Positions 1 to 8,830 of a stretch of DNA of 64,000 nt are shown one piece after another. The stretch's first letter is position 1; each line of letters begins with the position of its first letter. Below the pieces are notes generated by a model that was not told the origin of the DNA, made no database searches, and saw only the letters and a program-made list of their open reading frames with translations. The position numbers were made by a program, and so were the translations under genes. This DNA comes from Rhizomicrobium sp. (GTDB taxonomy: Bacteria > Pseudomonadota > Alphaproteobacteria > Micropepsales > Micropepsaceae): the NCBI GenBank assembly GCA_036271735.1, contig DATAZZ010000028.1, forward strand, positions 21,773-85,772, given 5' to 3'.

Positions 1-1444
1 GGCGCGCCAGGGCGGCGGCGGTCACGAGTTTCGCGGCGGCGGTCATGTTGCGCAAAGCAGGCTCGTTGCCGCCGGCGCGTTCGACCTGGGCGATGACCGT
101 GAGGGCTTCGGCGAGGCCGGCTTCGTCGCGCTCGAGACCGACGAGGCGCGTCATCGCATCGCGCAGGACGTGCGGCGGCGCGGGCGAGGCGAAACGCTCG
201 GGCGCCGGCGGCGTGCCGTGGCCACTGCGCGCGGTCACCGTGTTCGCGATGTCCTCGGCAGCGCGGGCACCGAAGACGAGGCCTTCGAGCAGCGAGTTGG
301 AGGCTAGGCGGTTGGCGCCGTGCAGGCCAGTCGCGGCGCATTCGCCGACGGCCCACAAGCCTGCGAGCGAGGCGCGGGCGCGCTCGTCGCTGGCGATGCC
401 GCCCATGTGGTAGTGCGCCGCCGGCGCGACGGGGATCGGCTGCGTCGCGGGATCGATGCCTGCAGAGATGCAGGCGCCGTAGACGGTGGGGAAGCGCTGC
501 GCGAAGGATGCGCCGATCGCTTGCGTGCAATCGAGGAAGGTCTTGTGGCCAGCGGCGCGCTCGCGGTGCAAGGCGCGGGCGACAATGTCGCGCGGTGCGA
601 GTTCGGCGTCGGGATGGATGGCCAGCATGAAGCGGCGGCCGGTCTCGTCGATGAGATGGGCGCCTTCGCCGCGCAAGGCTTCGGTCGCGAGCGGCGCGGG
701 GTCGCGGCCGATGTCGATGGCGGTGGGATGGAATTGCACGAATTCCGGATCGGAAATGATCGCGCCGGCGCGCGCCGCCATGCCGAGGCCTTCGCCGCGC
801 GATTCCAGCGGATTGGTCGTCACGGCATAGAGCGCGCCGAGGCCGCCGGTGGCGAACACGATGGCGGGCGCCTTGAACAGGACGAGCCGCGTGTTGGGGC
901 CGAAGCCGGTGCGGGCGAACAGCCCGGTGACGCGGCCGTCTTCGAGCGCGAGTTCGATGGCGTGGAAGCCTTCCATCACCGTGATCGAGGGCGTGGCGAG
1001 GGCGCGGTCGGCGAGGGTTTGCGAGATCTCGGCGCCGGCGCGGTCGCCCTTGATGTGCACGATGCGGTTTGCGGAGTGCGCTGCTTCGCGGCCGAGGGCG
1101 AGGCTGCCGTCGGGTTTGCGGTCGAACGGCGCGCCATAGGCGAGCAGATCGTCGATCCGGGCGGCGGCCTCGCGCGCGACGAGGTCGGCGATGGCGGGGT
1201 CGCACAGGCCGGCGCCGGCGACGAGGGTGTCGGCGGCGTGGCTCTGCCAGGAGTCGTTGGCGCCGATCGCGGCGGCGATGCCGCCTTGCGCCCAGGCGCT
1301 GGAGCCCGAGACGCCGGGCCGCGTGCCCGCCAGAACGGTGGCGGGAAAGGGGCTGAGCTTGAGCGCGGTGAACAGGCCAGCAATGCCGGCGCCGAGGATC
1401 AGCGCGCCCTTGCACTCGATGATGCTGTCGATGTTGCGCGGCAT
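1..1444 (-). CDS. nadB: L-aspartate oxidase (3' end runs off the window)
   Basis: Manual translation from ATG at 1444: MPRNIDSIIECKGALILGAGIAGLFTALKL...SSAWAQGGIAAA, HYHMGG and NRLASNSLLE motifs; abuts the nadA stop. Absent from the ORF track because there is no stop in the window. Confidence 0.95.
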   Translation of the reverse strand, partial: MPRNIDSIIECKGALILGAGIAGLFTALKLSPFPATVLAGTRPGVSGSSAWAQGGIAAAIGANDSWQSHAADTLVAGAGLCDPAIADLVAREAAARIDDLLAYGAPFDRKPDGSLALGREAAHSANRIVHIKGDRAGAEISQTLADRALATPSITVMEGFHAIELALEDGRVTGLFARTGFGPNTRLVLFKAPAIVFATGGLGALYAVTTNPLESRGEGLGMAARAGAIISDPEFVQFHPTAIDIGRDPAPLATEALRGEGAHLIDETGRRFMLAIHPDAELAPRDIVARALHRERAAGHKTFLDCTQAIGASFAQRFPTVYGACISAGIDPATQPIPVAPAAHYHMGGIASDERARASLAGLWAVGECAATGLHGANRLASNSLLEGLVFGARAAEDIANTVTARSGHGTPPAPERFASPAPPHVLRDAMTRLVGLERDEAGLAEALTVIAQVERAGGNEPALRNMTAAAKLVTAAALAR

Positions 1445-2473
1445 TTAGGCGGCTTTCTTCAGCGGTTGCTTGACCGCGAGCATGCGGTCGATGGCGCGCT
1501 TGGCGCGCACGGCGATGGCGGGATCGACGAAGACTTCGGTCGTCATCGTTTCGAGCGAATGCAGGATCTTGTCGAGCGTGATGCGCTTCATGTGCGGGCA
1601 GAGGTTGCACGGGCGGATGAAGTCGACGTCCGGATATTCGGCGGCGACGTTGTCGCTCATCGAGCATTCGGTGATCATCACGACGCGGTGCGGGCGGTGC
1701 TCGGCGACGTAGTTGATGAGGCCCGCGGTCGAGCCGGCGAAGTCGGCTTCGGCGACGACTTCCGGCGGGCATTCGGGATGCGCCAGCACGACGATACCGG
1801 GATGCGCCTTGCGATAGTCGCGGATCTCGGCGGCGGTGAAGCGCTCATGCACCTCGCAGGCGCCTTCCCAGGTGATGACTTTCACGCCGGTGAGGTTGGC
1901 GACGTTCTGCGCGAGATACTTGTCCGGGATCATGATGACCGTATCGACGTCGAATTCGCGCGCGATCTCTTCCACCACCGCGACGGCGTTGGACGAGGTG
2001 CAGCAGACGTCGCTCTCCGCCTTCACGTCGGCCGAGGTGTTCACATAGGTGACGACCGGGAGGCCAGGATATTTCTGGCGCAGCAGGCGCACATCGGCGC
2101 CGGTGATCGAGGCGGCCAGCGAGCAGCCGGCCTTCACGTCGGGGATCAGTACGATCTTGTCGGGGGATAGAATCTTGGAGGTCTCGGCCATGAAGTGCAC
2201 GCCGGCCTGGACGATGACCTTGGCCTCGGTGCGCGCCGCTTCGCGCGCCAGCGCCAGGCTGTCGCCGACGAAATCGGAGACGCAGTGGAAAATCTCCGGC
2301 GTCATGTAATTGTGGCCGAGGATGACGGCGTTCTTTTCGCGCTTGAGCTTGTTGATCGCCAGGATGGTCGGCGCATAGACCGCCCATTCGACCTCGGGGA
2401 TCACATGCGCCACCTTGGCGTAGAGCGCACGGCTCTGCTCGGCGATCTGCGGCGTGTAGGCCAGGTTCGTCAT
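1445..2473 (-). CDS. nadA: quinolinate synthase
   Basis: ILGHNYM, VGDSL, YVNTSA, CCTSSN, HPEC and CNLCPHM motifs. ATG at 2473 has a GGGAGA RBS (the ORF track start at 2515 is too far upstream). Confidence 0.96.
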   Translation of the reverse strand: MTNLAYTPQIAEQSRALYAKVAHVIPEVEWAVYAPTILAINKLKREKNAVILGHNYMTPEIFHCVSDFVGDSLALAREAARTEAKVIVQAGVHFMAETSKILSPDKIVLIPDVKAGCSLAASITGADVRLLRQKYPGLPVVTYVNTSADVKAESDVCCTSSNAVAVVEEIAREFDVDTVIMIPDKYLAQNVANLTGVKVITWEGACEVHERFTAAEIRDYRKAHPGIVVLAHPECPPEVVAEADFAGSTAGLINYVAEHRPHRVVMITECSMSDNVAAEYPDVDFIRPCNLCPHMKRITLDKILHSLETMTTEVFVDPAIAVRAKRAIDRMLAVKQPLKKAA

Positions 2474-2496
2474 CGTCGTCTCCCATCTCGCCTGAA

Positions 2497-2517
2497 TAAT
2501 GCTCAACTTGAGCATAT
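2497..2517. promoter_or_regulatory. NadQ operator 1
   Basis: taATGCTCaacttGAGCATat matches the NadQ palindrome ttATRCTC-N5-GAGYATaa, upstream of nadA. Confidence 0.88.
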
Positions 2518-2563
2518 ATGTGGGGCGAAAAGACCGGCCTTCAAGGGCCGGCGGTTACGGGGG

Positions 2564-2584
2564 TTATGCTACTCTTGAGCATAA
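2564..2584. promoter_or_regulatory. NadQ operator 2
   Basis: ttATGCTActcttGAGCATaa, a second copy with one mismatch in the core. Confidence 0.82.
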
Positions 2585-2658
2585 GTCTGTCAAGGGCATC
2601 AAGCCGCCGGAAATCCTGCCTTTAGGGCACGGAATCCGGTGCGGGGCATTGTTCCGGC

Positions 2659-3147
2659 ATGGCGCGGCTCAAGGTCTTCACCACGCAATCGGGATTCTAC
2701 GATCTGGCGGTCGCGGCGCCGTCGCAGGCCGCGGCGCTGCGCGCCTGGGGCATCCATCAGAACCTGTTCGCCGAAGGGATGGCGAAGGTCGCGACCGACA
2801 AGGCCGTGCTGGCTGCCGCGCTGGCGAAGCCCGGTGTCGTTCTCAAGCGGGCGCTCGGGACCAAGGGCGCATTCGCGCTGGACGCGCCGCTGCCCAAAGT
2901 GAACGGCACGAAGAAGAAGACGGCGAAAGCCGTTCCGAGCGCCGCAGCGCGTAAAGCAGCCGAAGCGGCGCAAGACGCTCTGGACCGTGCCGGCGAAGCG
3001 CATGATGAGACGGTCGCGGCGTTGAAGGCCGAGCGGGCGCAGATCGATGCGAAGCTCGCAGCAGAGGAGGACGCGTGGACGGCGCGGCGCAAGACGCTCG
3101 CGCAGGCCGCCGAACGGGCGCGGCGGGCCTTGCGCCGCAAGGGGTGA
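2659..3147 (+). CDS. conserved hypothetical protein (family often auto-annotated TolA-like), C-terminal coiled coil
   Basis: LKVFTTQSGFYDLAVAAPSQAAALRAWG..NLF N-terminus; Ala/Lys/Glu-rich tail. Confidence 0.75.
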   Translation: MARLKVFTTQSGFYDLAVAAPSQAAALRAWGIHQNLFAEGMAKVATDKAVLAAALAKPGVVLKRALGTKGAFALDAPLPKVNGTKKKTAKAVPSAAARKAAEAAQDALDRAGEAHDETVAALKAERAQIDAKLAAEEDAWTARRKTLAQAAERARRALRRKG

Positions 3148-3276
3148 CGCAACGATGCCGCCACGCCGGCGGATGGCCAGCGTGGCGGTCGTCTTGATGG
3201 TGCCGGCGATACGCCGCGTTTTGGTCAGGAGGCTCGAGCCGCCACCATCAGGTTTTGCGCGTGGCCGTCACGCGTG

Positions 3277-3615
3277 TCACAGCGCGGCGATGGCCTCCCG
3301 GACTGGCTTCATCGCTTTCAGCGCAGCCGCCGTCTCGCTCATCGCTTCGCGGTGCAGCCAGGCGATCGGATGGCCCTCGCGCATGATGTCGCCATTGGCC
3401 ATCGCCTGCTCGACGATGATTGCGGCGCGCAGCAACGCCTTGCCTTGCACCGCCCGCGCCAAAGCCGGCACGAGGATGGCGAGGAATTGCTCGGCGTCCT
3501 CTGGCAGGCTGCCGTCCTCGGGCACGGCGCCCTTCGCCGCCAGTTGCGCCAGCCACAGGGATTTGGCGCGGGCGGCGAGATCGTCGACGATGTCCGTTGC
3601 GAGTTTCTCTTGCAT
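3277..3615 (-). CDS. hypothetical helical protein, 112 aa
   Basis: Strong AAGGAGAAC RBS; starts 24 bp after the tailspike-like gene. Confidence 0.75.
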   Translation of the reverse strand: MQEKLATDIVDDLAARAKSLWLAQLAAKGAVPEDGSLPEDAEQFLAILVPALARAVQGKALLRAAIIVEQAMANGDIMREGHPIAWLHREAMSETAAALKAMKPVREAIAAL

Positions 3616-3639
3616 GTCCGTTCTCCTTGTTGCTTTTGC

Positions 3640-6150
3640 TCAGACGTTCGCCGGGGGCTGGCGCACGAAGTAGTTCAGCGGCTTGCGCACCTGCGCATAC
3701 GCTGCGTTCGAGGCGCCGCCCGCCGTGGTCGACATGGTGAAGGTCGCGGGCGAGGCGACCGTGATGGCACTGACCTGGGTGCCGGGAGCGAACGACCGGT
3801 CCAAGGTGCCGTCCAGGAACAGGTAGTCGTTCACCGCGACGCTGCCGCCGGAGTAGAACGCATCGGCGCGCCCGACATTGGTCACCGAATTGCTGGACGC
3901 AGCCAGGTCGCCCTGGGTGTAGTAGAACGGCGTGTAGATGCGCGTGTTGAGGATATAGAGCACGCCGGTCGTCGTGCTGAACGCATTGAAGCCATACACG
4001 GCAGGCTGGGTCTTCGCGCCGGCGACCACGCGGTAGTTGTTGCGGATGTCCGCCAGAACCGTGTTGCCGCTGCGCGAGCGCACATAGAACCAGGTCTTGG
4101 AGTTGTCGTCATAGACGAGGTCGCCGGGCAGGGGTCCGTAGAGCTGGAATTCCCACTCCGCGCGGGCGCCGAAGGTGATCGTCAGCGTCGCGCCCGAGAG
4201 CGAAAGGCTCGAGATTTCGCCGCCGGTCTTGGCGAGAGGGCTGACCATGTTGACCGGCGCCGGGATCTGATAGCTCGGCAGGCCGCGCGGCTTCACGGTC
4301 TTGGCGTAGGGCGTCAGGCAGCGATGACGCTCGCTGATCGTCGTCGAACCCGCGACCGCGCCGTAGATCGTCGCGGTATAGGTGTCGTCGAGATTGTAGA
4401 GCGCGGCCGGCTTGACGGCGATGTCCAGCGGCGGGGTGTGCGCACCGGCACTTGCCGGCAGGATGGCGACACCGCCGCACAGCGCGTTGTTGCAGAGCTG
4501 CTCATACGCGTTGCTCAGCGGCGAGGCCGTCGACGGCTCCATGTAACTGCCGACAAGGCGGAAGCCCTGCGGATCGACGTTGAACGACATGAAGTTCAAG
4601 TAGTTGCTCAAGCTGCAACCCTCGATGTTCACCGGCAGGACAAGGCCGTTGGAATCCAGGGTCACGGCCGGATAGCCGCGCGCGTCGGTCTGCGCCTCGA
4701 AGCCGAACAGCGAGTTGTGCATGTTGAACGGCGCGGCGGAGGCGCCGGCCGGCGCCACGATGCCGAGCCGCCAGCACACTTCGCCGTAGCAGCCTTCCAG
4801 GCCGATCGGCCCCGCGATGCCCTGGTTCGGGACGTCGAAGACCTGAATCGCGGTGAATGTGCTGTTCAGGATCGTGCCGGCGATCTTGCCGTTCTGCTGG
4901 CCATTGGCGGCCGTCGCGATGGCGGTGTGCGTCAGCACCGCGCTGCAATAGTCGAAGATGGTCTCGCGGGCCTGGGTGTTGCCGACGGACAGTGCGCGCG
5001 CGGAGTACAAGATGTCCGATTGCGTCAGGCGAACGAAATCGCCGTTGCCGTCGCTGTCCGACGGCACGACGGAGACGCCGTTGACGAAGCCGGTGATGAA
5101 GAGATCCTCCATCAGCACGTCCGAGGAATGGAACTTGCCATATTGCGGCGTCGATCCACCGTTGAACCAGGACGGATAGGTGACGGCCGGGTAGGGCGTG
5201 CCCGGCGCTGTGCCGCTATACGGATCGATCGCGACGCAGGTATAGGGCGCGTAGCGGCTGTTGGCGTTGGCCGACAACGCCGGATCCACCCAATTGGCCA
5301 GCACGCAGTCGTCGATCGTCAGTGCGCCCAAGCCCAGGAAGGTGTTGTTGGCGACGTAGTAATAGTTGAGGCCTTGGCAGCCGATGCTGCGCAAGCGCGA
5401 GCCGCGCGTGCCCTGGATAGCGAAGACCGGCCGGTCGGAAAAGACCGGATAGATGGTCGAGCCACAGCCTGTGGTGGAGCTGTTCGGTCCGGCGCCTTCC
5501 AGAATACAGCCGGTGTATCCGACGCCATAGCCCATGCTGATGACGTCCGAGACCACATAGGATCCGCCGTCGATGAAGACCTTCGTGTTGTCGCCCTGGG
5601 GGTTGGAGTTCGGCCCCACGGAGCCGTAGACCACCCAGTCGATGCAGTTCTGGATCGCGGCCCAATTGTCGGTGCCGAGCACGCAACTCGCGCCGGTCAC
5701 GGCGGTGGCGGTGCCGGTGTAGGTCACCGTGGCGTTGCCGCCACTGGCGCCGGTGATGGCGAATTGCAGATAGGCACCGCCGGGGCCTGCGCCGCGGATC
5801 GTGCCGATCTTGCCGATGTCAGCGGTGGTGTAGAAGTAGCCGCCGGACAGGGTGGTGCCGCTCAGATTTGCCGAGGCGTAGATGAAGACCGCGTCGGCTT
5901 TCGCGCCGAACATCGCGACGGTGGGAACGCCGAGACTTTCCGCGACCCAGCGGCCGGTGGTCACGCCGGTGGCTTGAATGACCGTGCCGTTGTTGTCGGC
6001 CTGGGTGCTCGTCGAATTCCAGGCGAAGAAATTGCCGCCGAGCTTGCCGTCGCCGTAATACGAGCCGACGCGCACGGCGGCGACGGTGGGGGAGGTGGCT
6101 CCGAGCGCGCGCAGAGCAGCGATCGAAGAGACGTAGTTTGCCGTTGCCAT
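3640..6150 (-). CDS. phage tailspike-like / beta-helix (pectate lyase 3-like) protein, ~836 aa
   Basis: ATG at 6150 with AAAGGAGAAC RBS. N-terminal LRAL..GSYYGDGKLGGNFFAW...ADNNGTVI...GRW module, then FGAKAD...GTDNWAAIQNCID...GGSYVVSD; G/A/T/S/N/Y-rich; no signal peptide. Confidence 0.7.
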   Translation of the reverse strand: MATANYVSSIAALRALGATSPTVAAVRVGSYYGDGKLGGNFFAWNSTSTQADNNGTVIQATGVTTGRWVAESLGVPTVAMFGAKADAVFIYASANLSGTTLSGGYFYTTADIGKIGTIRGAGPGGAYLQFAITGASGGNATVTYTGTATAVTGASCVLGTDNWAAIQNCIDWVVYGSVGPNSNPQGDNTKVFIDGGSYVVSDVISMGYGVGYTGCILEGAGPNSSTTGCGSTIYPVFSDRPVFAIQGTRGSRLRSIGCQGLNYYYVANNTFLGLGALTIDDCVLANWVDPALSANANSRYAPYTCVAIDPYSGTAPGTPYPAVTYPSWFNGGSTPQYGKFHSSDVLMEDLFITGFVNGVSVVPSDSDGNGDFVRLTQSDILYSARALSVGNTQARETIFDYCSAVLTHTAIATAANGQQNGKIAGTILNSTFTAIQVFDVPNQGIAGPIGLEGCYGEVCWRLGIVAPAGASAAPFNMHNSLFGFEAQTDARGYPAVTLDSNGLVLPVNIEGCSLSNYLNFMSFNVDPQGFRLVGSYMEPSTASPLSNAYEQLCNNALCGGVAILPASAGAHTPPLDIAVKPAALYNLDDTYTATIYGAVAGSTTISERHRCLTPYAKTVKPRGLPSYQIPAPVNMVSPLAKTGGEISSLSLSGATLTITFGARAEWEFQLYGPLPGDLVYDDNSKTWFYVRSRSGNTVLADIRNNYRVVAGAKTQPAVYGFNAFSTTTGVLYILNTRIYTPFYYTQGDLAASSNSVTNVGRADAFYSGGSVAVNDYLFLDGTLDRSFAPGTQVSAITVASPATFTMSTTAGGASNAAYAQVRKPLNYFVRQPPANV

Positions 6151-6360
6151 TGTGAAGTTCTCCTTTTGTTCTGGCGCGGCCACTATGAGCTTCGCGCCGA
6201 AGGAGTCTAGGAAAATAAGCTCTATCTGAAAGAATTTAATCTTTTATGTATCAGGGGTTGTGCCCAATACATGGAGCTGCATCCGCGTGCATTCACGCGG
6301 CACGGGCGGCTTGCAGGCTCACCCCGAATGGCAACGCGAAAGGGACGGCGAGAATTCTTT

Positions 6361-6903
6361 CTACTTCGCCGCCGCTGCAACGGCATCGGCCGCATCGGCC
6401 GGTGACGACGCGCCCAGTGAGCCGAAATTGAAGTGGTTGGCGACCTTGGCCAATTCGCCCAGCATCATCTCGGCATGCTCGGCGGAGAGCGTCATGCTGC
6501 CGGGCGCGAGCAGATGCATGGTCTGGACGTGGACCGCGACGGGCTTGCGGTCGTAGACGCCGGCGCGCAGCAGTCCGTCGGTCACGTCGCACAGGCTGCG
6601 TGCGGCAGTGTCGAGCGCGCCGTAGCAGAACGTGCCCGCGAGGGTGACGACCTGATCGGCGTGACGCAGGACGGCGCTCATCTGTCCACCGTCGAGTGTA
6701 TCGCGAGCGTCGCGCGCGAAGACGATGCCTTCCATTGCGGCGATCGAATTGCGGATTTCGGCATCGGCCTGCTCGCGCATGGATTCGAGACTCGCCATCG
6801 CGCCGTCGATCGCGTCGTCGCGCAGCATGCCGCCGGCGCGCGCCGCGAGTTCGGAAAGCCGGGTCTTGGGAAAGAAGACCTTCTTTTTCGCTTTGCCAGC
6901 CAT
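6361..6903 (-). CDS. CheE-like / Hpt-like helical chemotaxis-associated protein
   Basis: FFPKTRLSELAARAGG...AIDGA and LAGTFCYGALDTAARSLCD; directly downstream of the Cle-type receiver gene. Confidence 0.65.
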   Translation of the reverse strand: MAGKAKKKVFFPKTRLSELAARAGGMLRDDAIDGAMASLESMREQADAEIRNSIAAMEGIVFARDARDTLDGGQMSAVLRHADQVVTLAGTFCYGALDTAARSLCDVTDGLLRAGVYDRKPVAVHVQTMHLLAPGSMTLSAEHAEMMLGELAKVANHFNFGSLGASSPADAADAVAAAAK

Positions 6904-6931
6904 CAATCGATCCCTCGCGCCCTGAACGGAT

Positions 6932-7495
6932 TTAAGCAGCAGCGGTGTTAAGTTTCTGTTGTGCCGCAACGGCGCCGGTATCGTTACCATCCGCGGCCGC
7001 GTCGGTTTCGCGTTTCATCTCGCCATCGGGCGGTGGGATATCCTTGAAGCGGCGATCAGGGCCGATGAAGTCGCCCGCCTCGATGAAGGGGCGCACCGTG
7101 CGCGCGACCCAGCAGATGCGGTCGAACAGGCCGGACGGCGACACCGGTTTCTTCACGACGAGGTTCGCGCCCGCATCGCGCACCGAGGAGATGAGGCGCA
7201 GCTGCGTATAGCCGGACAGCACGATCACCGGCACGAAGCGAAACGGGCTTTTCTCCTGGCGCCGGATCCAGCGGATCAGATCGGGGCTTTCCATGTCGGG
7301 AAGCGCAGCTTCGACAATGATGAGATCGGCGTAGTGGTGGTTGAGATGGTGCTTGGCCTGCGCGCCGGTCTCGCACACGGTGGGAAAATCCATGCCGAAG
7401 CCGCGCAGCATCTGCGCGATGAGGCCACGCGTGAACTGATCGCTGTCGATCAAGAGCGTCGTGACGCTCTTCAGGTTGAGCCGTGTCTGTCCCAT
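6932..7495 (-). CDS. CheY-like receiver with Arg-rich c-di-GMP-binding tail (Cle family)
   Basis: Receiver fold (LLIDSD..., VVKKP) plus C-terminal RPFIEAGDFIGPDRRFK, matching [YF]xGPxRR. Confidence 0.85.
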   Translation of the reverse strand: MGQTRLNLKSVTTLLIDSDQFTRGLIAQMLRGFGMDFPTVCETGAQAKHHLNHHYADLIIVEAALPDMESPDLIRWIRRQEKSPFRFVPVIVLSGYTQLRLISSVRDAGANLVVKKPVSPSGLFDRICWVARTVRPFIEAGDFIGPDRRFKDIPPPDGEMKRETDAAADGNDTGAVAAQQKLNTAAA

Positions 7496-7702
7496 GGTGT
7501 GGCTGCCCCAGCCTTATGTACGAAGTACAAATCGCCGTGGAAGATAGGCTCTAGGTACTAATACGGTCTGAAAGTTACCGGTGTCATTTGAGGGTAGTCA
7601 CCCAATTTGGGTGCCCATTCGCGCATCGGACGCGCGGAAATCCTCAATCTGGGCAGCGCTTAGGTATTAATCCTGACGCCGTTCGCGGCCGTGCCGGCGA
7701 TT

Positions 7703-8830
7703 CTACGCGGGATAGGCGTGGCCGATGGCCTGACCCTGATTGTAGTGCACGCTGGGCTGTGCGGTCAGCGCGACATTGCAGGCGGCTTCAAACAGCACGA
7801 TGTGGTCCGAGCCGCCGAACTGGAAGTAAGCGAACTCCTGGCCCTTGAACAATGTCTTGCCGACATCGGCCGTCATCACGACGGAGGAGACCTGCGCCAT
7901 GCCGATCGGCATCACCGCGACCAGCCCGATGGGAGAGTCGATAACGAGCAGGCCGCGCGCCTGCGCGAACTGGTAGCCGGTGGCGTCCTCAGCGTCGAAA
8001 TTGCGGATCGCCTTCAACTCGTGGGTGCCGTTGTCGCCGACGGTCACCGGCACGGCGGCCACATCGAGATAGACCTGGCCGTGGATGACGCGGGACTCCA
8101 CGACCTTGCCGGGCACCGGGACGTGCAGGCGGTGGTAATCGGTCGTGTTGAGGAAGCTGTGCATGAACACGCCGCCCTCGAAACGGTGCTTGAACGGGCT
8201 GCCTTCGAGCAGCTCGGCGATCGACCAGTGCAGACCCTTCACCGTGATCCTGGAGTTCTGGTTGATCTGCCACCAGCCGACGAAGGTCGAGTCGGCGGCG
8301 GAGACGATGACGGTGGGATCGGCGATCGCCGCGATCGGCCGCATGCCGGGCTTCACACTGCGCGCGAAGAGCTGGTTGAAGGTCAGATAGCCGCTCGGCG
8401 GCGGCATGTATTCGTCGAGGTTGAAATTCGGCGAGCGCGCGAAGCTCTCGAGTGATTCCGGCGTGATCGATTCCGTGGTGTCGAGGAAGCGGCCCCAGGC
8501 ATCGGCGTATTCGACCATCCATTGCGACAGTTCGGTGAGCGGCGGCATCTGGGCGCCTGGCACGATGTGGTTCTGCAATTCCCTGACCGTCGGCTGGTCG
8601 AGGATGAAGTAGAACTCGCAGATATGGTTGTAGATCTTCTTGCCGGCGTGGTTCTCCGACGGGACCCAGGTCAGGAGGCCGTCGATCCAGGCGATATAGT
8701 CGTCGAACGTCTTGATGTCGTGCAGCGACGGGATGTTGTAGGACGCGGCCTTGTCGACCGCCCGGGTGAAGCGCTCGGTCCAGCCATTGCTGGCGATGAG
8801 GTCGACGAGCTTTTTGACGACGGGCTGCAT
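7703..8830 (-). CDS. phosphatidylserine decarboxylase family (PSD type II / PsiD-like) pyruvoyl enzyme
   Basis: TFNQLFAR..KPGMRPI, DYHRLHVPV, PIGMAQVSS and FQFGGS self-cleavage motif. Confidence 0.85.
   Translation of the reverse strand: MQPVVKKLVDLIASNGWTERFTRAVDKAASYNIPSLHDIKTFDDYIAWIDGLLTWVPSENHAGKKIYNHICEFYFILDQPTVRELQNHIVPGAQMPPLTELSQWMVEYADAWGRFLDTTESITPESLESFARSPNFNLDEYMPPPSGYLTFNQLFARSVKPGMRPIAAIADPTVIVSAADSTFVGWWQINQNSRITVKGLHWSIAELLEGSPFKHRFEGGVFMHSFLNTTDYHRLHVPVPGKVVESRVIHGQVYLDVAAVPVTVGDNGTHELKAIRNFDAEDATGYQFAQARGLLVIDSPIGLVAVMPIGMAQVSSVVMTADVGKTLFKGQEFAYFQFGGSDHIVLFEAACNVALTAQPSVHYNQGQAIGHAYPA

Noticed and set aside
320-2170. 616-aa plus-strand ORF
   Set aside because: Antisense to nadB/nadA.
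3274-6210. 978-aa plus-strand ORF
   Set aside because: Antisense shadow of the tailspike-like gene; Arg/Gly/Ala-rich with no motifs, as expected at high GC3.
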